Below are positions 1 through 9,587 of a DNA stretch of 64,000 bases, piece by piece (the stretch's first letter is position 1; each line of letters begins with the position of its first letter). The translations under genes were made by a program, and so were the position numbers. Source of the DNA: Rhynchopus sp. YZ270_cl-10 (taxonomy: Eukaryota); assembly GCA_964035575.1 (NCBI GenBank), contig OZ037844.1, positions 744,001 to 808,000 on the forward strand. Direction: 5' to 3'. The notes beneath the pieces are model-generated. The model worked only from the letters and a program-made list of their open reading frames with translations, was not told the DNA's origin and searched no databases.

Positions 1-702
1 CTCTCCAAATCTTCAAACACCCTGAGGGGGGCGTGTCTCCTCTGGAAAAGGCTCTCAATCGACAAAAATCACAAAAATCATCACAAAAACGACACAAAAA
101 AAGTGGTCTGAAAAACTAATCTCGAAAACGTCCTTCAGTTCCTTCAGCTAGCAAAGAGGAAGAAAGACAGCCAGTGGGTCTCTTGAAGTGGGAAAGGGTT
201 AGCGACAGGGTTGTGGAGGGTCTCAAACACAGGCAAAGAAACACAAACTTCTCTACCCAACTAAATAAACTTTCTCGATGTGTCTGTCTCATGTTTGGTT
301 ATTATTCCTTGCAGAACTTAGTGAGAGCGTGTGAGAGTTGCTGAGAGCAAGTGGGAAAATGTATCCGTTGCGCTTGATCAGATCTCGAGAGTTGTTGCAT
401 TGCACGCTTCCACAGGGGATTTCTGCAGACAAGACCACTCAGGTCAAGACATCGATTCGAGCAGTCAACACCTTCACAGAGTTTCAGGAGGAACGGACCC
501 CTGGATGCAATTAAAGGTCCAGCCCAGGACCAAATAAACATAATGAGAACTTTCAAAGTGTGAACGCCTCACCGTACACCGGAGGACGCAGGCACTGCAG
601 AAACAAAGGACCCACTGTTGTGGCAAATAGGCACCTGAGAAACAGACGAAAGTGCTCAACACACAGGAACAACAGTCAGCAGCGCCGTCACGTTGCTGCA
701 CA

Positions 703-3700
703 CTACTTTGAGTGGGGCAAGGCCCGCAGTCGTGAATAATACGACCCTTCACTTCGTCTGCCATTCCCGCTCTCATCCACCTCCGTGCTCTCACAGTCCT
801 TTGCCTTCATCTTTGCGTCACGTGCTGCCTTCTTCAGACTCTCGTTCTCCTCCGCAAGCCGCTTACTCTCCTCTGCCAGCTTCACGATGTGCTCGCTGCA
901 CTGCCTCACTGTCTCCCTCATCTCAGCACATTCCGCTCTAAGCTCTGCCATGCCGCCTTGTTCCGGCTGCTCCGAGACCGGCGCCGTCTGCTCTGTCGGC
1001 CCCAGCACCCCCTTCTGTGCCTCCAACATCTCCTTCTGCTGGTCCATAACACTCTTCATCATTTCCTGCAGTGCTTTCATTTCCTCCTTCATCGCATTGC
1101 CTTGCTCCAGCGCTGCTTCCAGTGTAGTGTTCCCCAACCTGTCTGTCTGCTTCACGTCCACTTCCCGGCAGTCTTCCGGCAAGTTCGCAAGGTAGCGCAC
1201 AATCTCAGTGTGCCCATTGGCTCCCGCAAGGGTAAGACATGTCCTACCTTCATTGTCTGTGACACAGACTCCCGCACCTGCTTCGACCAACATCTTCACA
1301 ATCGCAAGTGATCCTGAACGGCTAGCCCAATGAAGAGGCGATTGTCCCTCCTCGTCCTTTGTCTCGATGTCTGCCCCTGCATCAATGAGAAGCTGCACCA
1401 CATCGGGGTGTTCTTTGTCCACCGCATTCTGTAACGCAGTTAGGTCGTTGAATCCTTTGTGATTCAAATCCACCTCCCGCAAGCCAACAATATAGCGCAC
1501 ACTGTCGGTGTGTCCATGATATGTCGCAAGGATAAGACATGTGTCTCCATCGTCGTTTGTGACGAATACTTCCGCACCTGCTTTGACCAACATCTTCACA
1601 TTTGCGATCTTCCCCGCCTCGCAAGCCATGTGCAGAGGCGACCATTCATGGTCATCCTTTGCCTCAATGTCTGCCCCTGCATCAATGAGCAGCCCCACCA
1701 CATCTGCATGAACTGTTAATGCCACCCGGTGCAGTGCAGTCTGACCCCTACGACCTCTCTGGTTCATGTCCACCTCAGGCAATGTCGCAAGATAGCGCAC
1801 AGTCTCAGTGTGTCCTTTATATGCCGCAAGGATAAGACATGTGTCTCCGACTTTGTCTCTGACACACACTCCCGCACCTGCTTTGACCAACATCTTCACA
1901 ATCACAAGGTCCCCATGCACACTTGCACATTGCAGAGCCGAACGCCCAAAGTTGTTCTTGGCCTCGATATCTGCCCCTGCATCAATGAGCACCTGCAATG
2001 CATGGGGATTACGTGTACAGACCAAAGCAGTGCTGCCTAGATCATTTTTGTGATGCAAGTCCACCACTGGCAAGTCCACAAGATAGCGCACAGTCTCGGT
2101 GTGTCCTTCGGTAGATACAAGGGTAAGACATGTGTCTCCTTTGTTGTCAGTGGCACGCACTCCCGCACCTGCTTTGACCAACATCTTCACGATTGCGAGT
2201 GATCCTGAACGGCTAGCACAGTGAAGAGGTGATCGTCCCTTCTCGTCCTTTACCTCGATGTCAGCCCCTGCATCAATGATCACCTCCGCCACATCTGCAT
2301 GAACTTTCAGTACCGCCATGTGCAATGCAGTGCGACCCCTCAGACTTCTCTGATTCATGTCCACCTCAGGCAAGCCAACAAGATAGCGCACAGTCTCGAT
2401 TTGTCCAAACCACGCCGCAAGTATAAGACATGTGTCTCCTTCGTTGTCTGCGACACACACATCTGCACCTGCTTTGACCAACACCTTCACAACATCGAGA
2501 TTGCCAGAACAGCTCGACACGAGAAGAGGTGAACGTCCAACCCCATCCTTTACCTCGATATCTGCACCTGCATCAATGAGCAGCCCCACCACATCTGCAT
2601 GAACTGTTAATGCCACCCGGTGCAGTGCAGTCTGACCCCTACGACCTCTCTGGTTCATGTCCACCTCAGGCAATGTCGCAAGATAGCGCACAGTCTCAGT
2701 GTGTCCTTTATATGCCGCAAGGATAAGACATGTGTCTCCGACGTTGTCTCTGACACACACTCCCGCACCTGCTTTGACCAACATCTTCACAATCACAAGG
2801 TCCCCATGCACACTTGCACATTGCAGAGCCGAACGCCCAAAGTTGTTCTTGGCCTCGATATCTGCCCCTGCATCAATGAGCACCTGCAATGCATGGGGAT
2901 TACGTGTACAGACCAAAGCAGTGCTGCCTAGATCATTTTTGTGATGCAAGTCCACCTCCGGCAAGTCCACAAGATAGCGCACAGTCTCGGTGTGTCCTTC
3001 GGTAGATACAAGGGTAAGACATGTGTCTCCTTTGTTGTCAGTGGCACGCACTCCCGCACCTGCTTTGACCAACATCTTCACGATTGCGAGTGATCCTGAA
3101 CTGCTAGCACAGTGAAGAGGTGATCGTCCCTTCTCGGCCTTTACCTCGATGTCTGCCCCTGCATCAATGAGCACCTCCACCACATCTGCATGAACTTTCA
3201 GTACCGCCATGTGCAGTGCAGTGCGACCCCTCAGACCTCTCTGATTCATGTCCACCTCAGGCAAGCCAACAAGATAGCGCACAGTCTCGATTTGTCCAAA
3301 CCACGCCGCAAGTGTAAGACATGTGTCTCCTTCGTTGTCTGCGACACACACATCTGCACCTGCTTTGACCAACACCTTCACAACATCTAGACTGCCAGAA
3401 CAGCTCGACACGAGAAGAGGTGAACGTCCAACCCCATCCTTTACCTCGATATCTGCACCTGCATCAATGAGCACCTGAACTACTTCAGGATAGTTTTCTT
3501 GACCTGCCCAGTGGAGCGCAGTGAAACCATCATCACCTGAGTGATTCATGGCGACATCCTTCAAGCCCACAAGATAGCTCACCGTCTCGGTGTGTCCACA
3601 GCACGCCGCAAGGATAAGACACGTGTCTCCTTCGTTGTCTGTGACACACACTCCCGCACCTGCTTTGACCAACATCTTCACAACTGTGAGATTTCCAAAA

Positions 3701-4200
3701 CCGCTAGACAGGCGTAGAGGCGAACGTCCCATGTCATCCTTTGTCTCGATGTCTGCCCCTGCATCAATGAGCACCTGGCACACTGCAGGGTCCTCCCACA
3801 TGGCTGGACAGGGTTGGTCTTCTTCTTCCTCCTGCCCGTATGGAACAAACGCAACGTTGCTGCAGACTGACTTCCAATGCTGCAAGAGGACCTCCGTGCG
3901 CGCAGTGTGGTCTGCGTGGACGCACTCACTCAGCAGCATCCCGAAGCCCATCTGCGTTGTCTCAACATACGGAAGAAGCAGTGCGAGGCATTCATCGTGG
4001 TTCCCTCTGCATGCCTCGTGCACAGCATCGAAGGAAACCGTTTTGCTGTCTGTGTCTGGGCTGAGCTTCTCAAGTCCCGCCCGCACGGCAGTCGTGTCAC
4101 CGTTCCTGGCAGCCTCCACCAAAACCCCGTCTGCAGAAAGTGTTGTGCTGTGTGGTGCCTTCTCGTCAGGTGTGCTGTCTGCATGTTGCTCCTTCGACAT
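703..4200 (-). CDS. Long ankyrin-repeat protein with family-specific N-terminal head and C-terminal coiled coil
   Basis: Intronless ORF with many G(R/D)(S/T)xL...V..L...GAD ankyrin repeats in a three-type cycle; E/K/M-rich heptad tail. Start placed at ATG 4200 (MSKEQHADSTPDE) to match paralogues; an in-frame ATG also exists at 4221. Confidence 0.92.
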   Translation of the reverse strand: MSKEQHADSTPDEKAPHSTTLSADGVLVEAARNGDTTAVRAGLEKLSPDTDSKTVSFDAVHEACRGNHDECLALLLPYVETTQMGFGMLLSECVHADHTARTEVLLQHWKSVCSNVAFVPYGQEEEEDQPCPAMWEDPAVCQVLIDAGADIETKDDMGRSPLRLSSGFGNLTVVKMLVKAGAGVCVTDNEGDTCLILAACCGHTETVSYLVGLKDVAMNHSGDDGFTALHWAGQENYPEVVQVLIDAGADIEVKDGVGRSPLLVSSCSGSLDVVKVLVKAGADVCVADNEGDTCLTLAAWFGQIETVRYLVGLPEVDMNQRGLRGRTALHMAVLKVHADVVEVLIDAGADIEVKAEKGRSPLHCASSSGSLAIVKMLVKAGAGVRATDNKGDTCLTLVSTEGHTETVRYLVDLPEVDLHHKNDLGSTALVCTRNPHALQVLIDAGADIEAKNNFGRSALQCASVHGDLVIVKMLVKAGAGVCVRDNVGDTCLILAAYKGHTETVRYLATLPEVDMNQRGRRGQTALHRVALTVHADVVGLLIDAGADIEVKDGVGRSPLLVSSCSGNLDVVKVLVKAGADVCVADNEGDTCLILAAWFGQIETVRYLVGLPEVDMNQRSLRGRTALHMAVLKVHADVAEVIIDAGADIEVKDEKGRSPLHCASRSGSLAIVKMLVKAGAGVRATDNKGDTCLTLVSTEGHTETVRYLVDLPVVDLHHKNDLGSTALVCTRNPHALQVLIDAGADIEAKNNFGRSALQCASVHGDLVIVKMLVKAGAGVCVRDKVGDTCLILAAYKGHTETVRYLATLPEVDMNQRGRRGQTALHRVALTVHADVVGLLIDAGADIEAKDDHEWSPLHMACEAGKIANVKMLVKAGAEVFVTNDDGDTCLILATYHGHTDSVRYIVGLREVDLNHKGFNDLTALQNAVDKEHPDVVQLLIDAGADIETKDEEGQSPLHWASRSGSLAIVKMLVEAGAGVCVTDNEGRTCLTLAGANGHTEIVRYLANLPEDCREVDVKQTDRLGNTTLEAALEQGNAMKEEMKALQEMMKSVMDQQKEMLEAQKGVLGPTEQTAPVSEQPEQGGMAELRAECAEMRETVRQCSEHIVKLAEESKRLAEENESLKKAARDAKMKAKDCESTEVDESGNGRRSEGSYYSRLRALPHSK
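1670..3451. repeat. Near-identical 891-bp tandem duplication inside the ankyrin CDS
   Basis: Sequence and shadow ORFs recur at an offset of exactly 891 (1729/2620, 1808/2699, 2299/3190), i.e. 297 codons in frame. Confidence 0.92.
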
Positions 4201-4355
4201 GGTTTGTGAAGATGTTGACATTTAATGTTGTGTCTTTTATGCTGTTTCTTTTTGTGGAGGTTGTGAGGTGAGTGGTGGGTGTCCCTATTTTACTGAAAAA
4301 CTGCCAACTAAAAAAAGGGAGAGGGGGCAATCCATATTCAAGAAACCCACCCCAC

Positions 4356-6485
4356 TCACCACACAGGTCTCTGCCCCTTGACATCTGGCCTGCCTTCCAC
4401 GCCTCCAGCCTCCTCTACATCTTCGTTGTCCTCACTTTTCTTACTCTCTTTGTCCTCTTCCTTCCTTCTGAGAGGCTCTATCCCGAATGCCTTTTGGGTG
4501 ACACGGTTTGTATTGAGAAGGGCGTAGACGGCGAGACAGGCGAAGAAGGTTAATATGACTAGGGTTGCGAAGAGGGGAATCCTTTGCAGACATGGGGACG
4601 CACCGCAGGTGTTGGCACTTGCCTGCGAGATGAGTGCAGCCATGAAGGCCTTGAGGAAAAGCCTGTGGAAGATATAGAGGACCAGACTACTCTGCACCGC
4701 ATGCTTATGGAGACCAGGAGTTCCGGGGCCGTTACACCACGCTGCAGCGAAGGCTGTCAACACTGCCATCCAGACCCAGGACCGGCACACTGTCAGGTGG
4801 CGTTGCGTGGCGTCGTACGTCACCTCCCATGGGCCTACTCTGCGAAGGCTCCGTGCACCACTGAATGTGAACACAGGCCAGAAGCACGACCCGAGCAGCA
4901 GGACCACCCCAGTCAGGCTGGACACCTTCCCCCCACCGAGGTAGTAGTGTATGCAGCGTCGTGGGTGCGAGGTGTGAGTCCGCATGCGACGGTCTGGGCC
5001 TGGGCCTGCCGCGCACAGAAGCTCCTCAGCAGAGGACACGCCGCCTGCGTAGAATAGGCGCCATGCATAGCCAAATATGTACAGCAGGTAGCAGAAGAGC
5101 AAGGGGTACCAGAGGTTGCGTGTGAGCCATGTGAATTCTCCGTCGACCTGCACAGCGGGGGCGCCAATGAGGAGGACCGTGCAGAGCACAAAGGTGGGCG
5201 CCGTGCTTGCGAACACAGCACCGTGCACCCTGCGGCAGTGTTCCCTCGAGGGTGCCACCCGCGAGGTCCGTTCGCACAACCGCCATGCGGTGGAGGCCTC
5301 CTCCAGGACCACCTCCGTTGTGCCGGTCGGCGACATCGGGCGTTCGACGACCCTTGGGTGCCAGAGGTAGTGCACTGCAGAGAGCTGGATGAGCGTGCTC
5401 AGTGCGAACGTCGCAAAGGGGCAGAGCAGATGCGCTGCAGGAACTCTACTGGGTGTGGCAAGACAGAGCAAAGGGAGCAGATTCACCGCAGCTGCGCAGG
5501 CCCACTGCACTGCAAGGGTACGGGCCTCACGCATGACAGCACCCCGCACTGCGCTGTGCGTCGTTCTGTAAAACATTGCCGCCTCCCCCGCCGCCCCCGC
5601 ACACAACACAAACACATCCTCCTCCTCCGTCGCATGGAACCTCCACTGCGGGCTGTCCCCAACCGGAAGCACCACGCCTTCGATCTGCACCATCAAAGTA
5701 TCGTCCTGGCCTGGTGGTCCTGCACCACCCACATTGAGTCCAGCGGGAAGCGAGAAGGCGGCTATGGTAGGTACCACTGTGTCAGTATCGTTCCGCAGCT
5801 CAAGCCACCAGAGCAGCCGCCGGAGGGTATGGAGGTACGCACACCACACGCTGTGAAGCGACCCCACGAGGAACAGCGCATAGAGGAACCAAAGGTCCGA
5901 TGTGAGGAGGTCCATCGCACTGAAGGACCCTGCGTCATCATCACGCAGCCAAAGCTGTGTCGGGAGCACCGCACAGACGGTACCTGCAACAAGAGGCAAC
6001 GCCAAACGAACCAACCGACGCACAACCAGACCACGCCACGCACAGAACACACCTCCCCCACGCAGGTACACCCCTTCTTCATCACCCTCCGTCAGCTCCC
6101 CACTCCGTATACTCGCAGACCGTGCCGCCACGTAGCCACTCAAAAGGAAAAACAGTGGTATCGTATGCAACACCCCTTGCTGCACGCTGTATTCAAACAT
6201 GTTGTGCATCTCCCTCGCAGACGCTTCAGCTTCAGTAGCATTATTCCAATCAACGTACATCCGCGAAAATTGTTGATACTCCGGGAGCGAGCCCTGCTCC
6301 GCAACACCCAATCCAGGATCCACTAAACGCCCATTTTGCAGTGTTCTCATAAAATGCCATGCCACTCCAGTGTCCGAAAAGTGTGTGCGATCTAAAACAT
6401 ACCACCAGACATGGCCTAATACTACATTCCACACTGATTGGATTCTACACCAATCTACCCAATACACTCTTTCGTTTGGTGCCAT
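4356..6485 (-). CDS. Acyltransferase family 3 (OpgC/MdoC-like) multi-pass membrane protein
   Basis: 709-aa intronless ORF with AT3 motifs RVYWVDWCR..VVLGH, IPLFFLLSGY, RRLVRLALP, LWFLYALF, SLVLYIFH and many hydrophobic segments. Confidence 0.8.
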   Translation of the reverse strand: MAPNERVYWVDWCRIQSVWNVVLGHVWWYVLDRTHFSDTGVAWHFMRTLQNGRLVDPGLGVAEQGSLPEYQQFSRMYVDWNNATEAEASAREMHNMFEYSVQQGVLHTIPLFFLLSGYVAARSASIRSGELTEGDEEGVYLRGGGVFCAWRGLVVRRLVRLALPLVAGTVCAVLPTQLWLRDDDAGSFSAMDLLTSDLWFLYALFLVGSLHSVWCAYLHTLRRLLWWLELRNDTDTVVPTIAAFSLPAGLNVGGAGPPGQDDTLMVQIEGVVLPVGDSPQWRFHATEEEDVFVLCAGAAGEAAMFYRTTHSAVRGAVMREARTLAVQWACAAAVNLLPLLCLATPSRVPAAHLLCPFATFALSTLIQLSAVHYLWHPRVVERPMSPTGTTEVVLEEASTAWRLCERTSRVAPSREHCRRVHGAVFASTAPTFVLCTVLLIGAPAVQVDGEFTWLTRNLWYPLLFCYLLYIFGYAWRLFYAGGVSSAEELLCAAGPGPDRRMRTHTSHPRRCIHYYLGGGKVSSLTGVVLLLGSCFWPVFTFSGARSLRRVGPWEVTYDATQRHLTVCRSWVWMAVLTAFAAAWCNGPGTPGLHKHAVQSSLVLYIFHRLFLKAFMAALISQASANTCGASPCLQRIPLFATLVILTFFACLAVYALLNTNRVTQKAFGIEPLRRKEEDKESKKSEDNEDVEEAGGVEGRPDVKGQRPVW

Positions 6486-8540
6486 TCAATGAGTCTCACG
6501 AGAAAGGAAAGGGAGAGGATTTTTGTAAGAATAGTTAAGAAAAGGGGACAAAAAGTAGAGGGGGAGGGAAATAAATTGGCAAGATAAAGTGTGAGGTTTT
6601 GTGTAAAATGTTTTTTAAAAGGAGGATGATTTCAAAGAATAAAAGGAGAAAAGCTGTTACGAGATGAACCTAAGCCGGTGCTTAGTCACCTTTGGAAAAA
6701 AAAATCAGATGAAAGTGTAAATGGGAGGATAGTCCTGTGAGAGGGTATTGAGGGGTTTTAAGGGAGACAGCTCTGTAGTAGCAGGGCGGATGGGTGGGGG
6801 AGGGGTGTTTGAAAATGTTTTTTGTATGTTTTGAAAGTGCTTTGTGCTCTGGGTGGGGGAGGGGTGCAAGAGTGAGAGAGAGGGGTACGTTCACGGAGGA
6901 GAATTTTGCATTGGGAAGATATGGGGTACCATTTTTTTTTTTTTTTTTTTGAGGAAATCCTGATTTTGGGAGAGAGGAGATTGATGGAGGAAAGGGGGGA
7001 GAGGGGAGGGGCGGTCACGGCCAGAACAAAAAGATAAAAACGCGATTTTTTTTTTCAAAAATAAAAAAAATGGGGAAAGAAACATCAAGAGGTGTGGGGA
7101 AGTGGTTGGGTGGGGGGGGTGGGTGTTTTGTTTCTTTTCTTTTCTTTTTTTTGAGGGGAAGTAAAAAAAAAAAAACGAGAAAATCTGGTAAAGATAGGTC
7201 TCGCCATAAAGGTGCTTAAAATCACCCAAAAAAATAAAATAAAAGGGGAGAGTCGATAAGATGAACCTAAGCCAGCCACCTGTATAAAATATGAAACCTT
7301 TTTCGAAAGGAAGCCAAAGCAGCCCTTTTGGTACCCCCCCACAATACACACACCCACACCACCCCCCGAAGATAGCAGCATCGTATGCGAGACTCTGCTT
7401 CTTTTGCAGAAGATGCAAAACTACCTCCATAGATACTGCTCTCAGTTGGGGTGCTGACTGTGCCTTTTGGCTGTGCTGTGTGGGTCTGCAAGGTCTACCT
7501 ACGGCATGACCTCCACACCCCTGCACCTCCTACCACTGACGCACACCGTTCAAATGAGACGATACTCTCAAAGGGGAAACCCGAGGATGAACTATACAGT
7601 TGTACTAATATTGGCCAAAAAAGTCGCCAATTTGCAAGAAAACCCCCAAAATCCGCCAATTTTTTTGATCGCCAAATTTCTTGTCCAACTGTAGTTTTCA
7701 AACCCTCTTTTTAGTGTGTATTTTTGTGTGTGTGTATTGTCGAAAGAGTTTTGGGACAACAATAAAATAAAATAAAATTCAATGAACGAAGATGTCAAGC
7801 CTCAACGGGAAAGCCCTCTTTTGTTGTAAAAGAAAGGCAACTAACGCGAGACTTTCAAAAAAAAAAGATAAGAAGATGTGGTGGGAGGGGGGAGGAGAGA
7901 GAAAGAGAGTGAGTAGCTTGGCACAATACGCATGCTCTGGAAAGCTCTGGAAATAAATAAAAAAATCCCCCCCGCCCAAAAAAAAAAAAAAAAAAGAGAG
8001 AGAAAAAAGAGAGAGAAAAGAGATAACTTGAAGATGAATGGGCTTCACAGCGTGACACGACACATTTTTTTTTTTTTTTTGAGGGTGAAGAAAAACCGAG
8101 TCGTTTTAGTTTTTTGTTATTGTTTCCATAATTTTTGTTAAGACAAGAATCGACGCCTGTCATGGCGGTAAGCTCCACTTTCCCCAGTCGCTCACGCAGT
8201 ATTTTTTTTTTTTTTCCTCCTTCTTTTTTGCTTTTGGAAGGCTCGTTTTTTCCATTGTCGCTTTATAACAAATGCATTATCAAAACGAGCCTTTTTCCTG
8301 TTTTTTTTTTTTTTTGACAAGTGTTCCAGGCTCTCCGCTAGGATTTCCGATTTTGAAAATATTCTGTTGATGGTCCACGTTGGTGGGGTACATGCTTGCG
8401 CCGCAGGCGCACGGTACGCAACTTTTTTTTTTACCAACGCCCGATTTTGACTTTTTTGGGACGTTTGAGCACTCACCTCTCCATATCTTCTTCTCCTGAG
8501 CTTTTTTGACAGGTAGAACAGGTCTGAACCACTTAGCAGA

Positions 8541-9326
8541 ACTTTTCAACTTACCTTCCTTCACCCCCCCTGTAAGGGCAACCGTAGGTGAAGTAAGGTA
8601 TAGTATTGAAATCGATGTGGGGGGGGAGTAAAGGGTCAATTTTACAAAACCTGATTTTGAGGAAAATTTTAGCCAAAAATGGGCCCCACGTATAAGGAAC
8701 CGGGCTCATATTTCTCAAAATTTAAGTGGTCAAAAAATTGTCCAATTTTCGAGATTGACCCCACCACTGCACGGGCGGAGCCCAAAAATGCAAATAAGGT
8801 CCCTTTTTAATTTGTTCTCTTGAAATGTATAATTTCATGTTTTCGCGAAAAAATTAACAACTGATCCCTACAAGGGTTGAAGGAAGGTGGTTGAAAAGAA
8901 CAATACCAACAAGAACAACTAATTGCTAAGAAAAAAGCGGGGTGTGCTGTGGAAAACTCCGCGTGATTTTCGAAACCACCGCAGCATCCTGGCGATTTGC
9001 TGGAGGTGCTGATGTGCCTGGTGTTATCGATGTGTTGTAGTCTGTGCATTCTGTGTTCCTTCCGCACTGCTCCAACGACGACGACAATGTGGGGAGCCTG
9101 TGGACAAAAACGAGCTGGAACACGGTGGTGCTGGATGAAGAGGACAGCCCCCCCTTCTTGAACGTTTCAGATGCTGGCGTCCCAGTGGGTCTGGCAGCGT
9201 ACGAAGAGCGTTAGCATACCTGCAGAAGAGCAGAATGCTGGGCGTGTTGTAGATTATTTCTTTTCAGGATGGAGTTCCACATCACACCCCGTTTTTTTTC
9301 CGATAGCAATTACTTGTTTTTTTTTT
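8541..9326. repeat. ~785-bp dispersed repeat, copy 1
   Basis: Aligns closely with ~14767-15585; carries the GACCCCACCAC motif also found in the elements at 47.8-50.0 kb. Confidence 0.85.
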
Positions 9327-9486
9327 CTTTTTTTCCCCATTTTCAAAAAGTTCTGTTGACAATCAACAGAACTTTAGTACCTAGCGGAGTGCCTGAAGTG
9401 TTCACCAAGGAAAAACTCGGTAGCCAGTAGACGAGGAACCGGTTCTGTTCGTACTGATGAGTCTTTCTGCACGGCAGACTAATCAG

Positions 9487-9587
9487 AGGGAACTACTGGT
9501 CCAAATGACAAAGTGGTGAACTAGTAGTGCTGGTGTGAGCACTGGTCGTAAAAACACTACTCGTCGGAACACTACCAGTAGTGCCCT
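9487..9587. mobile_element. Small MITE-like element
   Basis: Ends AGGGAACTACTGGT / ACCAGTAGTGCCCT (13/14 inverted match). A related element with ACTAC/GTAGT ends and a similar interior lies at ~58452-58569. No clear TSD. Confidence 0.5.

Noticed and set aside
1..300. Possible LINE C-terminal remnant (LENVLQFLQLAK)
   Set aside because: Too short, interrupted by stops and cut by the window edge.
5223..6326. 367-aa plus-strand ORF and other antisense ORFs over genes
   Set aside because: Shadow frames of GC-rich minus-strand genes with no recognisable motifs.
9445..9490. Hammerhead-like CTGATGA-GTCT...AGAC
   Set aside because: The required GAAA is TAAT, and stems I and III could not be built.
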